Positions 60,887-64,000 of a DNA stretch of 64,000 nucleotides are shown one piece after another. The position numbers and the translations under genes were made by a program. Origin of the DNA: Yuukianura sp. NJ FZ-2021 (taxonomy: Eukaryota); assembly GCA_046563655.1 (NCBI GenBank), contig CM102287.1, positions 10,478,001-10,542,000 on the forward strand. Reading direction: 5' to 3'. The notes under the pieces are model-generated. The model was not told the DNA's origin, made no database searches, and saw nothing but the letters and a program-made list of their open reading frames with translations. How positions within the stretch are numbered: the first letter of the stretch is position 1; every line of letters starts with the position of its first letter.

Positions 60887-61509
60887 ATTATAAGTTGATT
60901 GTTACAGAGTGTAGGTTCTTTTGTATGTTGACCACTTTTCACATGAACTGTATTTATCATCCTGTTGGAATTAAAGAGCACTTGGAGAGTGACCTGTCAA
61001 CGGCATCACTACTTTCTCAAGGTGTGTCCAAAAATCAAATGCCAAATCCTATTCCTAAATCCTTTTTCGTCCAAAACTCCAAAATTCCACTTCACCCTAC
61101 TTCAGCAGACCTTAATAAACGTTACACATTTATTCTTTATTTTTTTTACTTTAATTTCCACCAGGGCAGGGTCTAGAAATGATTGGAATTTGAACCACTT
61201 GGAGATTGATTGGAAGTTTTAACACGCTACAAATTTTGGTGGAAATTTAGAGTACACAACCCAAAATCCACAAAACGTTAGTTGATGTGGTTTTGTTTAT
61301 TAAAAAAATGCTAAATTTATAATTTTGCCATTCCGCCAGTAGATGAATTGGGATTAGGATGAATTGCCATTCGTCTCAATCATGCACAAAGTGATGAACA
61401 AAACACTAATTTTGTAACTCATTGGAGTTTGTATTCGAGGTCATCGTTCTTGAGTGACTCTGTCCTCGTCCAATCCTATTTGAATTCCGTTGAACTGAAC
61501 GACTTGAAC

Positions 61510-62944
61510 ATGAGCAAGTGTTGTGCGAAATGTAGCAAGACAGTGTACCCCCTGGAGGAACTCAAGTGCCTCGATAAGGTAAATCCAACTACTCCAAATA
61601 CTTTCCTACGTTCATACAAGTGTTTGATTCTTAGATCTGGCACAAAGGGTGCTTCAAGTGCACGGAATGCGCCATGACTCTCAACATGAAGACCTACAAG
61701 GGTTTTGACAAACTGCCGTACTGCGAAGCACACATCCCCAAGGCCAAGGCCACCACTGTGGCTGACACGCCGGAAATGAAACGCATCCAGGAGAACACCA
61801 AGATCCAATCCAACGTAAGTCACACTTCATTCTCTACATAGTTGTGTCTGGAAAGGAGGGATTGAGCACTTTGTTTGTCTCTTCACAGGCTGTGTACCAT
61901 GCAGAGTTCGAGAGAGCCAAGGGGAAGTTCACTGCTGTGACGGACGACCCCGAACTCCTCCGTCTCAAAGGGAACACGAAGATCATCAGCAACGTCACTT
62001 ACCACGGGGATTTGGAGAAGAAGAAAGTGATGGAGACGAAACGGACGTTGACGGGGGAGGGAGAGCAGGGCAGCAATGGGGGCCCTTCGCCTCCACTCAG
62101 CCCTTCCTACATGGATGAACTCTCTTCCGTCCCAACTCAACGCTACGTTCCACCACCCGCCCAATCATACCAACAGAGACCTTCCAGTTATGAGACAGGG
62201 GTTTCTGGAGACGATCGCATCCAGCAGCAGGCTCCACCGCACTACCATCCCCCTCCTCCCCAACAACCAAACACATACGCTGGACGGGCGGCTCAGAACG
62301 TCGTCTATTCGTCAGACATCGGAGGTCGGTCTCTCTTACACTAAGAGTCAAATGAATTTTAGACCATTCCATTACTCATCTCACTTTTAGGGAATTTGAA
62401 TGCGAACTCTGGGAGGAAAGTGGGGTCGATTGCTGACTATGACCCAGTGAACAACTACTTTGGATCGCTGGATCAACAAAGGCCTCAACAGGTACAAGTC
62501 TCACTTGTTGAAATTGTTTACTAAAGGATTAAACGATTTCCTAACCAATACTTTTTCTACTTTCCTTTATTAATACTTGTACTTTTTCTCAATTCTTGTC
62601 TCTTGTTTTGAAAGGGTGTCCGAGGAGTGGGTTCACACGTACAGCCTCCTGCTCAGCACAGTCAGCGTCATCCAGCACAAGGTCTTTTGGATAATGGCTA
62701 TGGCGTCTGCTACCGTGCTTTGTATGACTACGAAGCACAGGACAGAGACGAGGTCACACTTCTCACTTGACTTCCACTTCAACTCCTTACTAAATTGTTG
62801 GTTTTTGAATATTAGGTGAGCTTCGTGGATGGTGATTTGATCATCAATTGCACTGCAGTGGAGGAGGGATGGATGACAGGAACAATCCAGAGAAGTGGAC
62901 GTCGCGGAATGCTTCCAGCAAATTATGTCACTCCAGCCAACTAA
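61510..62944 (+). CDS. Lasp: LIM, nebulin-repeat and SH3 protein
   Basis: [50 protein letters not shown], nebulin repeats ([40 protein letters not shown]), SH3 [21 protein letters not shown]...GMLPANYV. Confidence 0.96.
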
Positions 62945-63320
62945 AATCCGTCCACTGGCCTTCTAACTCAAGTCTTCCGTCGAGTCTCCGAACTCACCTG
63001 CAGTAACTCTCCAATGCCAAACTCTTTTCTTATAAAATAACAATTTCCAAGCTACTCTGCTCCTTTTTGTCGGCAGACAAGGAACCAATCAACTCCATTC
63101 CGTCGAACCAATCATAATTCCCACTCCTTCCGCTTCGTCAATTACTAATAAATCAACTTCAAAGCAGCTCACTCTCCAACTAAGCTACAATCAACTTACT
63201 CCTTTCTCTTTTGTGGGGAGGAACAAAGACAAACTTTATTTACATGAATTGAAAAATATGAAGGACAATTTTGGTTTTGGAGGAGTTGGAGGAGAGAAAG
63301 CGAAAAGGGGGGCGTTGGGC

Positions 63321-64000
63321 TTAAAAGTTTGAACGATTGGCGGGCGTTGTGGGGGGCCGAGTGAAGTGACCCCCTCTGCCTCGCTGTGTTGGGCGAGAAG
63401 TTGGTTGGAGCGATGGTTTGGGTTTCCTGCCTCTCCGTTCCACACGCTGAAAGTCATCTCCCTCCTCCGCCTGACTCCGGAGGTCACGCTCATCTTCGGG
63501 CTCACTGTTTGTGTCTTTGTGATCAGAGTCTGGGTGCGGAGACTGGGCCTGATCTCGACTCGACTGTCCATCCTCCCCTCCGTCTTCCTCTGGCACTGTC
63601 ACTTCCTCCGCTTCACTCCGAATCTCCTCCCGATCACGACGATCTTTCCAGGCATTCGATGGGGGAGGTTGTGCACTTTCGGATTTGGGCACAGAGTCAC
63701 TGCAACCAAAAACAACTTCAGTCCAGCAAAACAATTGATGGGAATTTGGTCAAAAGTAGAAAAAGTGGAGGAACATCGCTTCTCCATCAAGGTTAAAATG
63801 GTGGAAGGCTCCATCATATTTCACAATTTCAATTTTGATCAAGTTAAAAACAGAAAGTAAAAAAGTGAAACGTTTACTTGGCTCTCCTCTGTTCCTCCTG
63901 TTCTGCCAGTTTCCGTTCGATTTCTCTTTCACGAGCAGCCGTATCGACTGGGCGTGCATCTCCAAAGATGGCTGCATTGGCCACAACAGAGTCAGAAGGA
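63321..64000 (-). CDS. eIF4B: Translation initiation factor 4B, 3' exons only (gene runs off the window)
   Basis: Exon 63878-64000 reads AAIFGDARPVDTAAREREIERKL, the eIF4B signature; the next exon has PPPSNAW and an RG-rich tail ending TAA at 63321. Confidence 0.85.

Overview
Eukaryotic, gene-dense arthropod-type DNA with mostly ~55-75 nt introns; a non-insect hexapod or crustacean is my inference. About 20 spliced protein-coding genes can be read: mub/PCBP, an uncharacterised Cys-rich single-pass membrane protein, V-ATPase F, kinesin-6 (pav/KIF23), a TXNL1-like Trx-PITH protein, sulfite oxidase, a GMC oxidoreductase, MFSD6/jef, a CELF/bru3-like RRM protein, two C-type-lectin-like genes, AspRS, a COX14-like small protein, MCEE, PPP1R11, a GKAP/vulcan-like protein, ANKRD49, DHDDS, BRWD3/PHIP, Lasp and the 3' part of eIF4B. 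A ~7.5 kb compound tandem-repeat block (386, 164, 119 and 45 bp units) lies at ~9.2-16.7 kb, and there are several TA-flanked MITEs and foldback elements. Most notable: a ~55 bp motif shared by three housekeeping-gene promoters; a 132 bp near-identical promoter cassette whose adjacent TATA segment is inverted between copies; an inverted duplication of the ANKRD49 5' region; a candidate dicistronic COX14-MCEE unit; a thioredoxin with SxxC instead of CxxC; and a 1-nt frameshift in MFSD6. No CRISPR, rRNA or tRNA is supportable. Gene names come from motif recognition, not database searches, and exon boundaries were read by eye.
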